In this document: positions 29,469-39,538 of the stretch, piece after piece
Layout of the letters: every line of letters begins with the position of its first letter
Position numbering within the stretch: the stretch's first letter is position 1
Origin: Pseudomonas aeruginosa PAO1
GTDB taxonomy: Bacteria; Pseudomonadota; Gammaproteobacteria; Pseudomonadales; Pseudomonadaceae
DNA length: 64,000 nucleotides
Assembly (NCBI RefSeq): GCF_000006765.1
Contig: NC_002516.2
Direction: 5' to 3' (one strand)
Notes under the pieces: generated by a model
Told to the model about the DNA's origin: nothing
Seen by the model: only the letters and a program-made list of their open reading frames with translations
Databases searched by the model: none
Translations under genes and position numbers: made by a program

Positions 29469-30827
29469 ATGAACCGCACGCTGGCCTACAAGCTCGGCGC
29501 CATCGCCCTACTCATCCTGCTATTGCTGATTCCCCTGTTGATGATCGACGGCCTGATCCGCGATCGCCAGGAGGTTCGTGACGGCGTGCTGCAGGATATC
29601 GCCCGCAGCTCCAGCTACAGCCAGCGCCTCACCGGCCCGCTGCTGGTGGTGCCGTACCGCAGGACGGTGCGCGAGTGGGTCACCGAGGAGAAGACCGAGA
29701 AGCGCGTGTTGCAGGAGCGCGAGCAGCGCGGCGAGCTGTACTTCCTGCCCGACCGCTTCGCCCTCGACGGGCAGATGCGCACCGAGCTGCGCTACCGTGG
29801 CATCTACCAGGCGCGCCTGTACCACGTCGACAACAAGGTTGCCGGCTACTTCCAGGTGCCTGCGCACTATGGCATCGAAGAAGACCTGGAGGACTACCAG
29901 TTCGAAACGCCGTTCCTGGCGATGGGCATCAGCGACATCCGCGGCATCGAGAATGCCCTGCGCCTGTCCCTCAACGGTGCCAGCGTCGACTTCGAGCCGG
30001 GTAGCCGGGTCGGCCTGCTCGGCAGCGGTGTGCACGCACCGCTGCAAGGCGTCGACGGGCGCCAGGCGCAGCGCCTGGAGTACGCCTTCGACCTGTCGTT
30101 GCTCGGCAGCGAGCGGCTGGACATCGTGCCGGTGGGCCGCGACAGCCAGGTCATCCTGAAGGCCGACTGGCCGCACCCGAGCTTCGGCGGCGAGTTCCTG
30201 CCCAGCGAGCGGGAGATCACCGCCCAGGGCTTCACCGCGCGCTGGCAGACCAGCTTCTTCGCCACCAACATGGAAGAGGCGCTGCGCAGTTGCGTGGAGG
30301 AGCAGCGTTGCGACGGCTTCCAGGCGCGCGCCTTCGGCGTCGGCCTGGTCGATCCGGTGGACCAGTACCTGAAGGCCGACCGCGCGATCAAGTACGCGCT
30401 GCTGTTCATCACCCTGACCTTCGCCGGCTTCTTCCTCTTCGAGGTGCTCAAGCGCCTGGCGGTACACCCGGTCCAGTACGCGCTGGTCGGCCTGGCGCTG
30501 GCGTTCTTCTACCTGCTGCTGCTGTCGCTGGCCGAGCACGTCGGCTTCGAGCTGGCCTACCTGGTCTCCGCCGGAGCCTGTGTCGGCCTGATCGGCTTCT
30601 ACCTGTGCTTCGTCCTGCGCAGCGTGGCCCGAGGGCTGGGCTTCAGCGTCGGCCTGGCAGGGCTGTACGGCCTGCTCTACGGCTTGCTGAGCGCGGAGGA
30701 CTACGCCTTGCTGATGGGCTCGCTGCTGCTGTTCGCGGTGCTTGCCGCGGTGATGGTGCTGACCCGCCGCCTGGACTGGTACGGGGTCGGCCGCAAGGAC
30801 TTCCCGGCGGTACCCGCCAGGGCCTGA
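29469..30827 (+). CDS. creD: Inner-membrane protein CreD
   Basis: WPHPSFGGEFLP, KYALLFI and HPVQYALVG motifs. Confidence 0.92.
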   Translation: MNRTLAYKLGAIALLILLLLIPLLMIDGLIRDRQEVRDGVLQDIARSSSYSQRLTGPLLVVPYRRTVREWVTEEKTEKRVLQEREQRGELYFLPDRFALDGQMRTELRYRGIYQARLYHVDNKVAGYFQVPAHYGIEEDLEDYQFETPFLAMGISDIRGIENALRLSLNGASVDFEPGSRVGLLGSGVHAPLQGVDGRQAQRLEYAFDLSLLGSERLDIVPVGRDSQVILKADWPHPSFGGEFLPSEREITAQGFTARWQTSFFATNMEEALRSCVEEQRCDGFQARAFGVGLVDPVDQYLKADRAIKYALLFITLTFAGFFLFEVLKRLAVHPVQYALVGLALAFFYLLLLSLAEHVGFELAYLVSAGACVGLIGFYLCFVLRSVARGLGFSVGLAGLYGLLYGLLSAEDYALLMGSLLLFAVLAAVMVLTRRLDWYGVGRKDFPAVPARA

Positions 30828-30876
30828 CGACGAAGGCGGCGGCGCCGGCCGCCGCCGATTTCCAAGGAGGAAAAGC

Positions 30877-31179
30877 ATGCGCCTGTTCTTCGAGTTCACC
30901 CTCTGTGCCGCCCTCGGCCTGCTGGTCAGCGGCGTGATCCTGATTTTTCTGCTGTTCTTCGGCAAGTTCGGCCTGATCGAGTACTGGATCGCCAGCGGCA
31001 AGCCCCTGGCCCACGCCATGCTGGTGCTGATGCCGGACGGATTCTGGGAAGGCCTCAGCGGCATCGAGGGCGCCGCCGGCAATCCGCACGTGCGCTCCTT
31101 CCTGGAGCTTTGCATGGGGCTCGGACAGAGCGCGCTGTTGCTGGGCCTGCTGCTGTTCCGCCTGGTGTGCTGGAAATGA
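30877..31179 (+). CDS. Small hypothetical membrane protein
   Basis: 100 aa hydrophobic ORF; RBS AAGGAGG. Confidence 0.7.
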   Translation: MRLFFEFTLCAALGLLVSGVILIFLLFFGKFGLIEYWIASGKPLAHAMLVLMPDGFWEGLSGIEGAAGNPHVRSFLELCMGLGQSALLLGLLLFRLVCWK

Positions 31180-31323
31180 ACGGCTATGTCGGCCTGCGCG
31201 ACGACCGTCGCGACGGCGAGCGCCTGGCGGCGCGGATCGGCCTGCTGTTCCCCGGCCCCTCGGCGGCCTGGCTGCAACGCGCCGAGCGCCTGCGGCGGCA
31301 GCAGGCGTCGGCGGGCCTCGGGG

Positions 31324-31944
31324 TCAGGCGCGGGTGGCCTGCATCGACGGGCGCTGGCTGACTTCGGCGAACCAGGCGGCGAGTCGCGGGTAGCGGCCGC
31401 GCCAGTCCCACTCCGGCTGGCGCAGGTCGAGATAGCCCAGGGCGCAGGCGACGCCGATGGCGGCGATGTCGAAGCGCGCCTGCAGTTCGGCGATGCAGTC
31501 GCCCTCCAGCCACGCCAGGGACCGCCCGATCTTTTCCCGCTGTGCTTCGAGCCAGGTGTCCCAGCGCTTCTCCTCGGGGCGGACGAAGGTTTCGTAGCGG
31601 GACAGCACCGCGGCGTCGAGGACGGCGTCCGCCAGCGAGGCGATGGTCAGGCGTCGCCAGCGGGCGCTGCCTTCGCGGGGGATCAGCGGTTCGCCGACGT
31701 GCTGCTGGTCGAAGTAGTCGCAGATCACCCGGCTGTCGTGCAGCACCTGGCCGTCCGGCAGGCGCAGGGCGGGAATCTTGCCGGCCGGGTTGCTGGCGTT
31801 GAGCTGCCGGATGGGCGCGACCGGCGTCGGCGTGACTTCCTCGAGCGCCACGCGCTCGCGTTGGCCGGTTTCGTGGAGCAGGACCAGGACCTTGCGCACG
31901 AAGGGCGAGGCGGCGGCGTAGAACAGCGTATGGGTAGCGCTCAT
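31324..31944 (-). CDS. Glutathione S-transferase (YibF-like)
   Basis: ASPFVRKV, NPAGKIPAL and DSRVICDY motifs. Confidence 0.9.
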   Translation of the reverse strand: MSATHTLFYAAASPFVRKVLVLLHETGQRERVALEEVTPTPVAPIRQLNASNPAGKIPALRLPDGQVLHDSRVICDYFDQQHVGEPLIPREGSARWRRLTIASLADAVLDAAVLSRYETFVRPEEKRWDTWLEAQREKIGRSLAWLEGDCIAELQARFDIAAIGVACALGYLDLRQPEWDWRGRYPRLAAWFAEVSQRPSMQATRA

Positions 31945-31962
31945 GCGGGCTCCTTGGAAGGA

Positions 31963-32913
31963 TCAGTCGCGGACGACGCGCAGACGATCGGCGGCAGGCT
32001 CGGCGCTCCAGGTTTCTCCGGGGCGACCGCCGAGCAGGGCGTTGCCGGGCGCCGGCCGGTCGCTGGGCAGGACGCGGAATGTCGCCTGCTCACTGTCGAA
32101 ACGCAAGAGCGCCCCGCTGGCGGCGTCGTGCAGCCAGACACGGTCCATGGCGTCGACCCGCAGGCTGTCCGGGCGGGCCTGGCTGTCCGGCAGCGGCCAG
32201 CTCTGCCACGAGGCATCGCTGGGATCGTAGCGGTACAGCCGGGCGCCACCGCTGTCGCTGGCCCAGAGCCTGCCGATGGAGTCGGCGCCGATCCCGCGCA
32301 AGGCCTTCGTGCCTTCAGGCGCGGGCAACCGCTCGGCGCTGCCGTCGAGCGGATCGACATGCACCAGCGCGTCGTCCTGCGCGTACCAGACCTCGCCGTC
32401 CGGGGTGACGCAGATGCCGTTCGCCGCCTTGCCCTGGGGCGAGGGCCAGACCTCCACCAGGCGCCTGGCTGGGTCGAGGCGACCGTGGAAGCCGCGGCTG
32501 CCGGTGAACCAGAGGCGCCCGTCGTCGTCGAATACCGCGGACTCGAGCCCGGCCGGCGCGGCCTTGGCCGGTAGCGGGAAACGTTCGCTGCCCAGGCGCT
32601 CGCCGCCGATGCGAAGGATGGCGTTGAGGCCGCTGTCGAGCACCCAGGCGTTGCCGCTCTCGTCGCTGACGATGGCTCGCGGCCGCGCGCCTTCGCCGAG
32701 CGGCACCTGCACGCTCTCGCCACTGGTCGGGTCGAGGCGCCCCAGCGAATGCCCGCCGTCCGCGCCGTACCAGACCGCACCCTGTGCACTGGGCGCGACC
32801 GCGTAGGGCGCGGAGCCCTTGTCCAGCGGGTAGTACTGTTCGCCGGCCAGGGCGGCGCCGGTCGACGACAGGGCCAGGAACAGGCCCAGCAGCGGGTAGG
32901 GCAGGTGACGCAT
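31963..32913 (-). CDS. Exported Vgb-lyase-like beta-propeller protein
   Basis: Signal peptide; repeated blades of the PY/PR..DG.VW type. Confidence 0.7.
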   Translation of the reverse strand: MRHLPYPLLGLFLALSSTGAALAGEQYYPLDKGSAPYAVAPSAQGAVWYGADGGHSLGRLDPTSGESVQVPLGEGARPRAIVSDESGNAWVLDSGLNAILRIGGERLGSERFPLPAKAAPAGLESAVFDDDGRLWFTGSRGFHGRLDPARRLVEVWPSPQGKAANGICVTPDGEVWYAQDDALVHVDPLDGSAERLPAPEGTKALRGIGADSIGRLWASDSGGARLYRYDPSDASWQSWPLPDSQARPDSLRVDAMDRVWLHDAASGALLRFDSEQATFRVLPSDRPAPGNALLGGRPGETWSAEPAADRLRVVRD

Positions 32914-32998
32914 ACGGTTCTCCCGGAACGACGAGCGGAACGTGGAAAGGCTCTGTCTTGCTATTCTGGCAGCGCATTGAGCATAGGAGGAACTGCGA

Positions 32999-33856
32999 AT
33001 GGCCACAGTGGAAATACTCGGGGCGGAATGCCGCGCGGGGGGCGCGGTGAACGACGATGCGCTGGGCTGCACGGCGCAGGCCGCCTGGGTGATCGACGGT
33101 GCCACCAGCATCGGTCGCAGCGTGCTGGGCGTGGAAAGCGACGCGCGCTGGCTGGCCCAGGCGGTGGACCGGCACCTGCGGTTGCTGCTGGAAGTCGAGC
33201 CCGAGCAATCCAGCGAGACCCTGCTGCGGCGCCTGCTCAACGATATCCAGGGCGACTTCCGCGCCCAGAGCGGCCGCGACTGGCACGACCTCGAAGACAT
33301 GCCGGCGGCCTGCCTGAGCCTGCTGCGGATTCGCGGCGGAGAAATCGAACTGCTCAACATCGGCGACAGCCGGATCCTCGTCGAAGGCGCCGACGGCCAG
33401 GTACGCAGCTTCGGCGATTCGGCCCTACACGAACTGGATCGGCAATCCCTGGCGCATTTCTGCCGGATGCGCGAGGAACATCCGCAGTGGGATCACGCCG
33501 AACTGTTCAAGGCCAGCCGCCCGCGCGTGCGGCAGAACCGCCTGCTGATGAACAAGCCCGAGGGCTACTGGGCGCTGGACATCAGCGACCGCTGGCTCGG
33601 CCAGGTGCAGCGCGAGACCTTGCCGCTCGCCGCGTTGCGTTCCTTCGTGCTGATGACCGACGGCTTCGACCGGCTGGTCGAGCCTTTCCGCCGCTATACC
33701 GACGAACAGTTGCTGCGGCGCCTCGAGGACGTCGGAGTGAGCGCCATGCTCGACGAGTTGCGCGAGATCGAACAGGGCGACGACCAGGCCCTGGCTTTCC
33801 CGCGTTTCAAGATCCACGACGACGCCAGCGCGCTGTGGGGTCGGATCGCGGGGTGA
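32999..33856 (+). CDS. PP2C-like phosphatase-fold protein
   Basis: NDDA, WVIDGAT, NIGDSR, LMTDG and HDDASA motifs. Confidence 0.72.
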   Translation: MATVEILGAECRAGGAVNDDALGCTAQAAWVIDGATSIGRSVLGVESDARWLAQAVDRHLRLLLEVEPEQSSETLLRRLLNDIQGDFRAQSGRDWHDLEDMPAACLSLLRIRGGEIELLNIGDSRILVEGADGQVRSFGDSALHELDRQSLAHFCRMREEHPQWDHAELFKASRPRVRQNRLLMNKPEGYWALDISDRWLGQVQRETLPLAALRSFVLMTDGFDRLVEPFRRYTDEQLLRRLEDVGVSAMLDELREIEQGDDQALAFPRFKIHDDASALWGRIAG

Positions 33857-33972
33857 ACGATGATCTCCGGCGCCCGGAATGCAGGTCCTCCCCATTGCGC
33901 CGGCTGCCGATATCCCGGCCCTCTCCCTCAGGCGGGAGGAGGGCATCCGGTGCCCGGAAGGTACGTTCTGCG

Positions 33973-34005
33973 GTAGGGCGAATAACCGCGAAGCGGTTAT
34001 CCGCC
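33973..34005. repeat. Single REP between convergent genes
   Basis: GTAGGGCGAATAACCGCGAAGCGGTTATCCGCC. Confidence 0.88.
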
Positions 34006-34028
34006 GTTACGCACCTGTGACGCGTCGC

Positions 34029-36437
34029 TCACCACTTGTAGCTGACGCTGCCCACCACGCTGCGCTGGTCGCCGTAGTAGCAGTAGTAGCCGTCGCAGGA
34101 CGCCAGGTAGTCCTTGTTGAACAGATTGTTGGCATTGACCGCCACGCTGACGCCTTTCAGGCTGCCGTTCAATTGGCCCAGGTCGTAGCGCACGGCGGCG
34201 TCGTACAGGGTGTACGAGCCGGCGTAGCCGTCGTAGGTGTTGGCCTGGTCGCCGTAGGTCGAGCCTACGTAGCGGGCGCCGGCACCCACGCTGAAACCGT
34301 TCAGCGTACCCTCGTGCCAGGTGTAGTCGGCCCATAGCGAGGCCTGGTTGCGCGGCGCCTGTTGCAGGCGGTTGCCTGCGTACTGGCCTTTTTTCACTTC
34401 GGTGTCGGCGTAGCTATAGGCGCCGATCATCTTCAGGTTGTCGGTGACGTTGCTGGTGGCTTCCAGTTCTATCCCGGAGACCTTCACTTCGCCCGTCTGC
34501 GAAGTGACCGGCGTGCCGCCTATGTTCTGCGACACGCTGACGTTCTCCTGGCGCAGGTCATAGACCGCGGCGGTGAACAGCGAGTCGGAGCCTACCGGCT
34601 GGTACTTCACGCCGATTTCCCATTGCTTGCCTTCGGTCGGCTTCAGCGAACTGGTGCTGTTCATATCGGCGCCAGTGGTGGGCTGGAACGACTCCGCATA
34701 GGAGATATAGGGCGCCACGCCATTGTCGAAGATGTAGCTGAGCGCCGCGTTGCCGCTGAACTTCTTGTCGCGGCTGGTATTGGTGGCGTCGCCCTTGTTG
34801 TAGAAGGTGGCGCCTGTGTGCACCCAGTCCTCGCGACCGCCGAGGGTCAGGCGCCAGTTGTCGAGGGCGATCTGGTCCTGGACGTAGAGGCCGGTCTGGT
34901 AGGTCTTCTGCTTGTAGTCGTAGTACGCGTCGGAACGCGGCGGCTTGGGAATCGGCTGGCCGTAGATCGGGTTGTTGATGTTGGTCGGCGGTACATTGAA
35001 GCCGAAGATCGAGGTGTATTCGTTGGTGGTCCGGTTGTGGTCCAGGCCCAGCAGCAGGGTGTGGCGCAGCGCGCCGGTGTCGAAGTCGGCCTGGAAGTTG
35101 TTGTCCACCACGAACTGGCTGACGTCTTCGTCCACTGATGTGCTGGTGCGCTGCAGGGTACCGTCGTCGCTGGCGGCAGCGTAATAGCTGGCTGGGGTCA
35201 GCGCCTGGAACGACAGGTCGTTGCGCAGGTAGCGCAGGTTCTGGCGGAACTGCCAGACATCGTTGATCCGCCGCTCGAAGGCGTAGCCCAGCCAGTAGTA
35301 GGTGCGGTCGTAGTATTCCCAGTCCGGATCGCCGAGGTTCTTGTGATGGGAAACCTTGCCGAACGGCGCGTCGTACTTGGTTCCGCGTAGCGGCAGGAAC
35401 TGGCTGGTGATGCCGGTATCGTCGCGGTTGAACTGGCCGAGGAAGGTCAGCCTGGTGTCGTCGTCGATGTTCCAGGTCAGGCTCGGGGCGATGTTGTAGC
35501 GCTTGTCGTCGATATGGTCGACCTGGGTGTTGCTGTCGCGCACCACGCCGGAGACGCGATAGAGAAAGCGTCCCTCGTCGTCGAGCGGGCCGGTGCTGTC
35601 GAAGCTGACCTGCTTGTGGTTGTAGTTGCCGACCTCGGCCTTCACCTCGTGACTGGCGACGTTCTGCGGACGCAGGCTGACCATGTCGAGCATGCCGCCC
35701 GGCGGGGTCTGGCCGTAGACCGAGGAGGCCGGGCCGCGCAACAGGGCGACACGCTCCAGGTTCCAGGTTTCCAGCTTCGGGTTGTTGTAGACGCCGACCG
35801 CCATCGGCAGGCCGTCGAGGAACTGGGTCGGCTTGAAGCCGCGCACCTTCAACCAGTCGGAACGGGAGTCGCTGCCGAAACTGCTGGCGACGACGCCGGG
35901 CATGTAGCGCACCGCGTCGTCGAGGTTGTGCACGGCGCGGTCGGTCATCTGCTGGCGGGTCGCCACCGAGATCGAACGCGGGGTCTCGAGGATCGGCGTA
36001 TCGGTCTTGGTGCCGGTCATGCTGCGCTTGGCCACGTAGCCGCTGGTCGGCCCCAGTGGGTCTTCCTCGGCGCCGCTGACCGTCATCGCCTGCAGCGACA
36101 GGGTGTCTTCCGGCACCTTGCGCAGGCTGTAGGTGCCGCCGGCATTTTCCACCAGTTCCAGGCCGCTGCCCTTGAGCGCTTCGCGCAATGCGCCGGGCGC
36201 GTCGAAGCGACCTTGCACGGCGTGGGCGCTGCGTCCTTCGGCGAGCGCCGGATCCAGGGTGAGGACCAGGCCGGCCTGGGCCGCGATGCGGTTCAGGGTG
36301 CCTGCCAGCGGCCCGGCGGCGATGCGGTAGTCGCGCACGCTGGCCTGTTCGGCCGGGGCGGCGTGGAGAAACGGTGCGGGAACGGCGAGGGCGATGGCTA
36401 GGGCGAGCAGGCCGGGACGGAACGTCGGGCGAGGCAT
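34029..36437 (-). CDS. fiuA: TonB-dependent ferrichrome receptor with N-terminal signalling domain
   Basis: Signal peptide; STN domain; TKTDTPILETPRSISV plug; C-terminal aromatic residue (YKW); preceded by an anti-sigma and ECF sigma pair. Confidence 0.88.
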   Translation of the reverse strand: MPRPTFRPGLLALAIALAVPAPFLHAAPAEQASVRDYRIAAGPLAGTLNRIAAQAGLVLTLDPALAEGRSAHAVQGRFDAPGALREALKGSGLELVENAGGTYSLRKVPEDTLSLQAMTVSGAEEDPLGPTSGYVAKRSMTGTKTDTPILETPRSISVATRQQMTDRAVHNLDDAVRYMPGVVASSFGSDSRSDWLKVRGFKPTQFLDGLPMAVGVYNNPKLETWNLERVALLRGPASSVYGQTPPGGMLDMVSLRPQNVASHEVKAEVGNYNHKQVSFDSTGPLDDEGRFLYRVSGVVRDSNTQVDHIDDKRYNIAPSLTWNIDDDTRLTFLGQFNRDDTGITSQFLPLRGTKYDAPFGKVSHHKNLGDPDWEYYDRTYYWLGYAFERRINDVWQFRQNLRYLRNDLSFQALTPASYYAAASDDGTLQRTSTSVDEDVSQFVVDNNFQADFDTGALRHTLLLGLDHNRTTNEYTSIFGFNVPPTNINNPIYGQPIPKPPRSDAYYDYKQKTYQTGLYVQDQIALDNWRLTLGGREDWVHTGATFYNKGDATNTSRDKKFSGNAALSYIFDNGVAPYISYAESFQPTTGADMNSTSSLKPTEGKQWEIGVKYQPVGSDSLFTAAVYDLRQENVSVSQNIGGTPVTSQTGEVKVSGIELEATSNVTDNLKMIGAYSYADTEVKKGQYAGNRLQQAPRNQASLWADYTWHEGTLNGFSVGAGARYVGSTYGDQANTYDGYAGSYTLYDAAVRYDLGQLNGSLKGVSVAVNANNLFNKDYLASCDGYYCYYGDQRSVVGSVSYKW

Positions 36438-36540
36438 GTGCGGGGCTCCTGGATGGAAACGAGTCTCAATGCCTCCTTGCCGGACGAGTCGGAAAAAGTG
36501 ATAGGGCCGGCGGGAAAAATTTTTCGCCGGCCCGTTCGGT

Positions 36541-37512
36541 TCAGCGTGGCACCACTTCGAACCACCAGGCGTTGTGCCTCACGCTGCGCACCGGCAGGCT
36601 CGGCTCCAAAGCCTGAAGGGCGAGGCGGGTGTCCTTCAGCGGGAAACTGCCGGTGACGCGCAGGTCGGCGATGCTCGGGTCGACCTGCAGCAGCGCCGGC
36701 GAATAGCGCCCCAGTTCCGCCACCAGGTCGGCCAGCCGGGCGTTCTCCACCACCAGCATGCCTTGTGCCCAGGCGCCGGCCAGGGCCGGGGCCGCTTCGC
36801 TGGCCTGCAGGCCTTGCGGCAGGATCAGCACCTGCTGGCCTTCCTTGATCACACGCTCTTCGCTGAGCGTTTCCGCGCGCGCGGCCACCGCCGACTGCAA
36901 CACGGTGAGGCGCGTGCCGGGTTCCTCGCGGCGCACCAGGAAGCGCGTGCCGAGGGCGCGCATGTCGCCATCGGCGCTGCTGACCACGAAGGGGCGCGGG
37001 TCGCCATGGGCGGTTTCCACCAGGATCTCGCCGGCCAGTAGCACGACCTGGCGGCGTTCGCCGTCGAAGCGGACGTCGATGGCGCTGCGGCTGTTCAGGC
37101 GCACATGAGTGGCATCCGGGAGGGTCAGCTCGCGCTGCTCGCCGGTGGCGCTGTAGGCATCGGCCAGCAGGTAGCGGACCGGGACGTAGCGGTTGGCCAC
37201 GCCGAGCCCGACGCCTAGCGCCAGCACTAGCCCCAGGGCGCTGCCGCCGAGCCGGCGCAGGCGGCGCTTGAAGCGTGCGTTGCCGGACAGCAGGGCGTTG
37301 CGTGCCGGCCCGTTGGCGGCTCTCGCCAGGTGCCGGTCGAGGCCGCCGAGCTGTTCCCAGGCGCGTTCGTGTTCGGGATGCGCCGCGTACCAGCGGTGGA
37401 AGGCGCGGTGATCGTCGGGATGGGCTTCGCCGGAGTCGAGCAGCAATTGCCAGGCGATGGCTTCGTCGAGCACCCGCGCGCGTACCGGCGAATGACGATC
37501 GTCGGCGCTCAC
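36541..37512 (-). CDS. fiuR: FecR-family anti-sigma factor
   Basis: EAIAWQLLL, LNSRSAIDV and ALGTRFLVR motifs; GTG start overlaps the fiuI stop. Confidence 0.88.
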   Translation of the reverse strand: MSADDRHSPVRARVLDEAIAWQLLLDSGEAHPDDHRAFHRWYAAHPEHERAWEQLGGLDRHLARAANGPARNALLSGNARFKRRLRRLGGSALGLVLALGVGLGVANRYVPVRYLLADAYSATGEQRELTLPDATHVRLNSRSAIDVRFDGERRQVVLLAGEILVETAHGDPRPFVVSSADGDMRALGTRFLVRREEPGTRLTVLQSAVAARAETLSEERVIKEGQQVLILPQGLQASEAAPALAGAWAQGMLVVENARLADLVAELGRYSPALLQVDPSIADLRVTGSFPLKDTRLALQALEPSLPVRSVRHNAWWFEVVPR

Positions 37513-38027
37513 CGGGGCTCTCCGTAGAGGGCGATGTAGCACTGGCGCAGACCCTGGGCCAGGTATTGGCGCACGCGCGGCACCGAGACTCCGAGACGCT
37601 CGGCGATCTCCGCGTGGGGCATGCCGTCCAGGCGGCTATAGAGAAACGCGCTACGCGCCTTCAGCGACAGCGTGCCAAGCAGGCGATCGATCTCGCGGAG
37701 GTCCTCGAGAATCAGGTACTGCTCTTCGGCCGAAGGCTGCTCCGCTTCCGGAACCAGCGCCAGTTCGGCGAGATAGGCCTGTTCAAGGGCGGCGCGGCGG
37801 AAGTGGTCGATCATCAGACCGCGCGCCACCTTCGCCAGGAACGCGCGCGGTTCGCGCAGGCCGGGCAGCTCCGGGCGGCCGAGGAGGCGAACGAAGGTGT
37901 CCTGGCTGAGGTCTTCGGCGCGCTGGCGGCAGCCGAGGTTGCGGTTCAGCCAGGCAAGCAGCCAGCCGCGGTGGTCCCGGTACAGGCTACCCACGAATTC
38001 GCTGTTGCTGACGTCACCCGCTGACAC
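37509..38027 (-). CDS. fiuI: FecI-like ECF sigma factor
   Basis: LYRDHRGWL, AEDLSQDTF and HAEIAERLGVS motifs; GTG start. Confidence 0.88.
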   Translation of the reverse strand: MSAGDVSNSEFVGSLYRDHRGWLLAWLNRNLGCRQRAEDLSQDTFVRLLGRPELPGLREPRAFLAKVARGLMIDHFRRAALEQAYLAELALVPEAEQPSAEEQYLILEDLREIDRLLGTLSLKARSAFLYSRLDGMPHAEIAERLGVSVPRVRQYLAQGLRQCYIALYGEPR

Positions 38028-38063
38028 GACCGCTCCCCATCCCGAAACGGGATTGAATGGAAA

Positions 38064-38082
38064 AACGAGAATTATTCGCAAA
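38064..38082. promoter_or_regulatory. Fur box upstream of fiuI
   Basis: AACGAGAATTATTCGCAAA resembles the AATGATAATNATTATCATT consensus; context is an iron-starvation ECF operon. Confidence 0.7.
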
Positions 38083-38195
38083 TGATCGCAAAGTGCGACT
38101 ATCCCTGCAATTGGCGTCCGTCGGGAAGCCACTTGAGTCGTCCCGCTGGTTTGCCGGAGGATCGGTGTTCCCATAACAAGAACAGGAGTCTCGCC

Positions 38196-38945
38196 GTGGC
38201 CGAACCTTTGCTGATCATCGGTTCCTATCTGTCCCCCTATGTGCGCAAGGTGCTGGTGCTGCTGGAACTGAAAGGCATCGCCTACCGCATCGACCCCATC
38301 GTGCCGTTCTTCGGCGACGAGGCCTTCGAGCGCCTCAGTCCGTTGCGCCAGATACCGGTGCTGGTGGACGGTGACTTCGTCCTCAACGATTCCAGCGTGA
38401 TCTGCCAGTACCTGGAGGAGCGCTACCCGCAGCCGAGCCTGTATCCCGTCGACATCGGCCAGCGCGCCCAGGCCCGCTGGCTGGAGGAGTACGCCGATTC
38501 GCGGCTGGGCCAGGTGATCATCTGGCAGTTGTTCCACCAGTTGGTGATCAACCGCGGCATCTGGCAGCGCGAACCCGACCAGGCGATCCTGCAACGCACC
38601 TACGACGAAGACCTGCCGTCGATCTGCAATTACCTGGAAGGGCGGATCCCGCCGAGCGGCTGGCTGTGCGGCGAGCTGTCCATCGCCGATGTCGCCGTCG
38701 CCTGCCTGTTCCGCAATGCCCAGTTGGCGCGCTACCAGGTCGACGGCGAGCGCTGGCCGCGCCTGGCGCGCCTGTTGGCTGACGCTTTCGCCCTGCCGGC
38801 CTTCCAGCATCTGGCGCGTTTCGAGAAGGCCACCGCGCAGACCCCGGTCGCCGAACAGCGCCAGGCGCTGCGCGAGGCCGGCGCGCCGCTCAGCGCGACC
38901 AGCCACGCCCGCGAGCGGCCGGTGCGCGGTCCGATGAGCCGCTGA
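38196..38945 (+). CDS. Glutathione S-transferase
   Basis: SPYVRKV, PLRQIPVL and DSSVICQYLE motifs; GTG start after AGGAG. Confidence 0.88.
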   Translation: MAEPLLIIGSYLSPYVRKVLVLLELKGIAYRIDPIVPFFGDEAFERLSPLRQIPVLVDGDFVLNDSSVICQYLEERYPQPSLYPVDIGQRAQARWLEEYADSRLGQVIIWQLFHQLVINRGIWQREPDQAILQRTYDEDLPSICNYLEGRIPPSGWLCGELSIADVAVACLFRNAQLARYQVDGERWPRLARLLADAFALPAFQHLARFEKATAQTPVAEQRQALREAGAPLSATSHARERPVRGPMSR

Positions 38946-39084
38946 GAGGGAGTGCGGGCGGCGCCCAGGGCGCCGTCCTGATGAAGCGCCATTCAGCGCC
39001 TCGATAAGACCTTCGCGGCGCTGGTGGATCCAGCGTTCGGGCATATTTTATATAGACCAGTCTATATAAAACGGAGGCCGCACC

Positions 39085-39489
39085 GTGATGAACGTCCCCG
39101 AAGGGTTCCAGCCGCTGTTCCGCAGCAGTCCGTTGCTCGACCTGCTCGGTCCTTTCTTCTGCCGGCAGGACGCCCAGCGCCAGTTGGTGGTGGCGCTGCG
39201 CATCGACGAAAAGCACTGCAACCACGGTGGCACCGCCCACGGCGGCCTGCTCTCGACCCTGGCCGACGTTGGCCTCGGCTACGCCATGGCGTTCTCCCGC
39301 GAACCGCCGCAGCCGATGGTCACCGTCGGCCTGCGCCTGGACTTCTGCGGGGTCGCGCGGGTCGGCGACTGGCTGGAGGTGCATACCCGGGTCGACAAGC
39401 TCGGCCAGCGCATGGCCTTCGCCTCGGCCCGGCTGCACAGCGGCGAGCGCCTGGTGGCCAGCGCCAGCGGCGTGTTTCATCTGCCCTGA
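39085..39489 (+). CDS. PaaI-family thioesterase
   Basis: HCNHGGTAHGGLLSTLAD motif. Confidence 0.85.
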   Translation: MMNVPEGFQPLFRSSPLLDLLGPFFCRQDAQRQLVVALRIDEKHCNHGGTAHGGLLSTLADVGLGYAMAFSREPPQPMVTVGLRLDFCGVARVGDWLEVHTRVDKLGQRMAFASARLHSGERLVASASGVFHLP

Positions 39490-39538
39490 GGCTCGGGCAT
39501 GCTTGCCCGGTCGTCTGCCGTGAGTTGGGGAGTCAGGT

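Noticed and set aside
31963-32913. vgb streptogramin-resistance gene
   Set aside because: It has a signal peptide, the catalytic EPH motif is not apparent, and the context is core chromosome with no mobile element.
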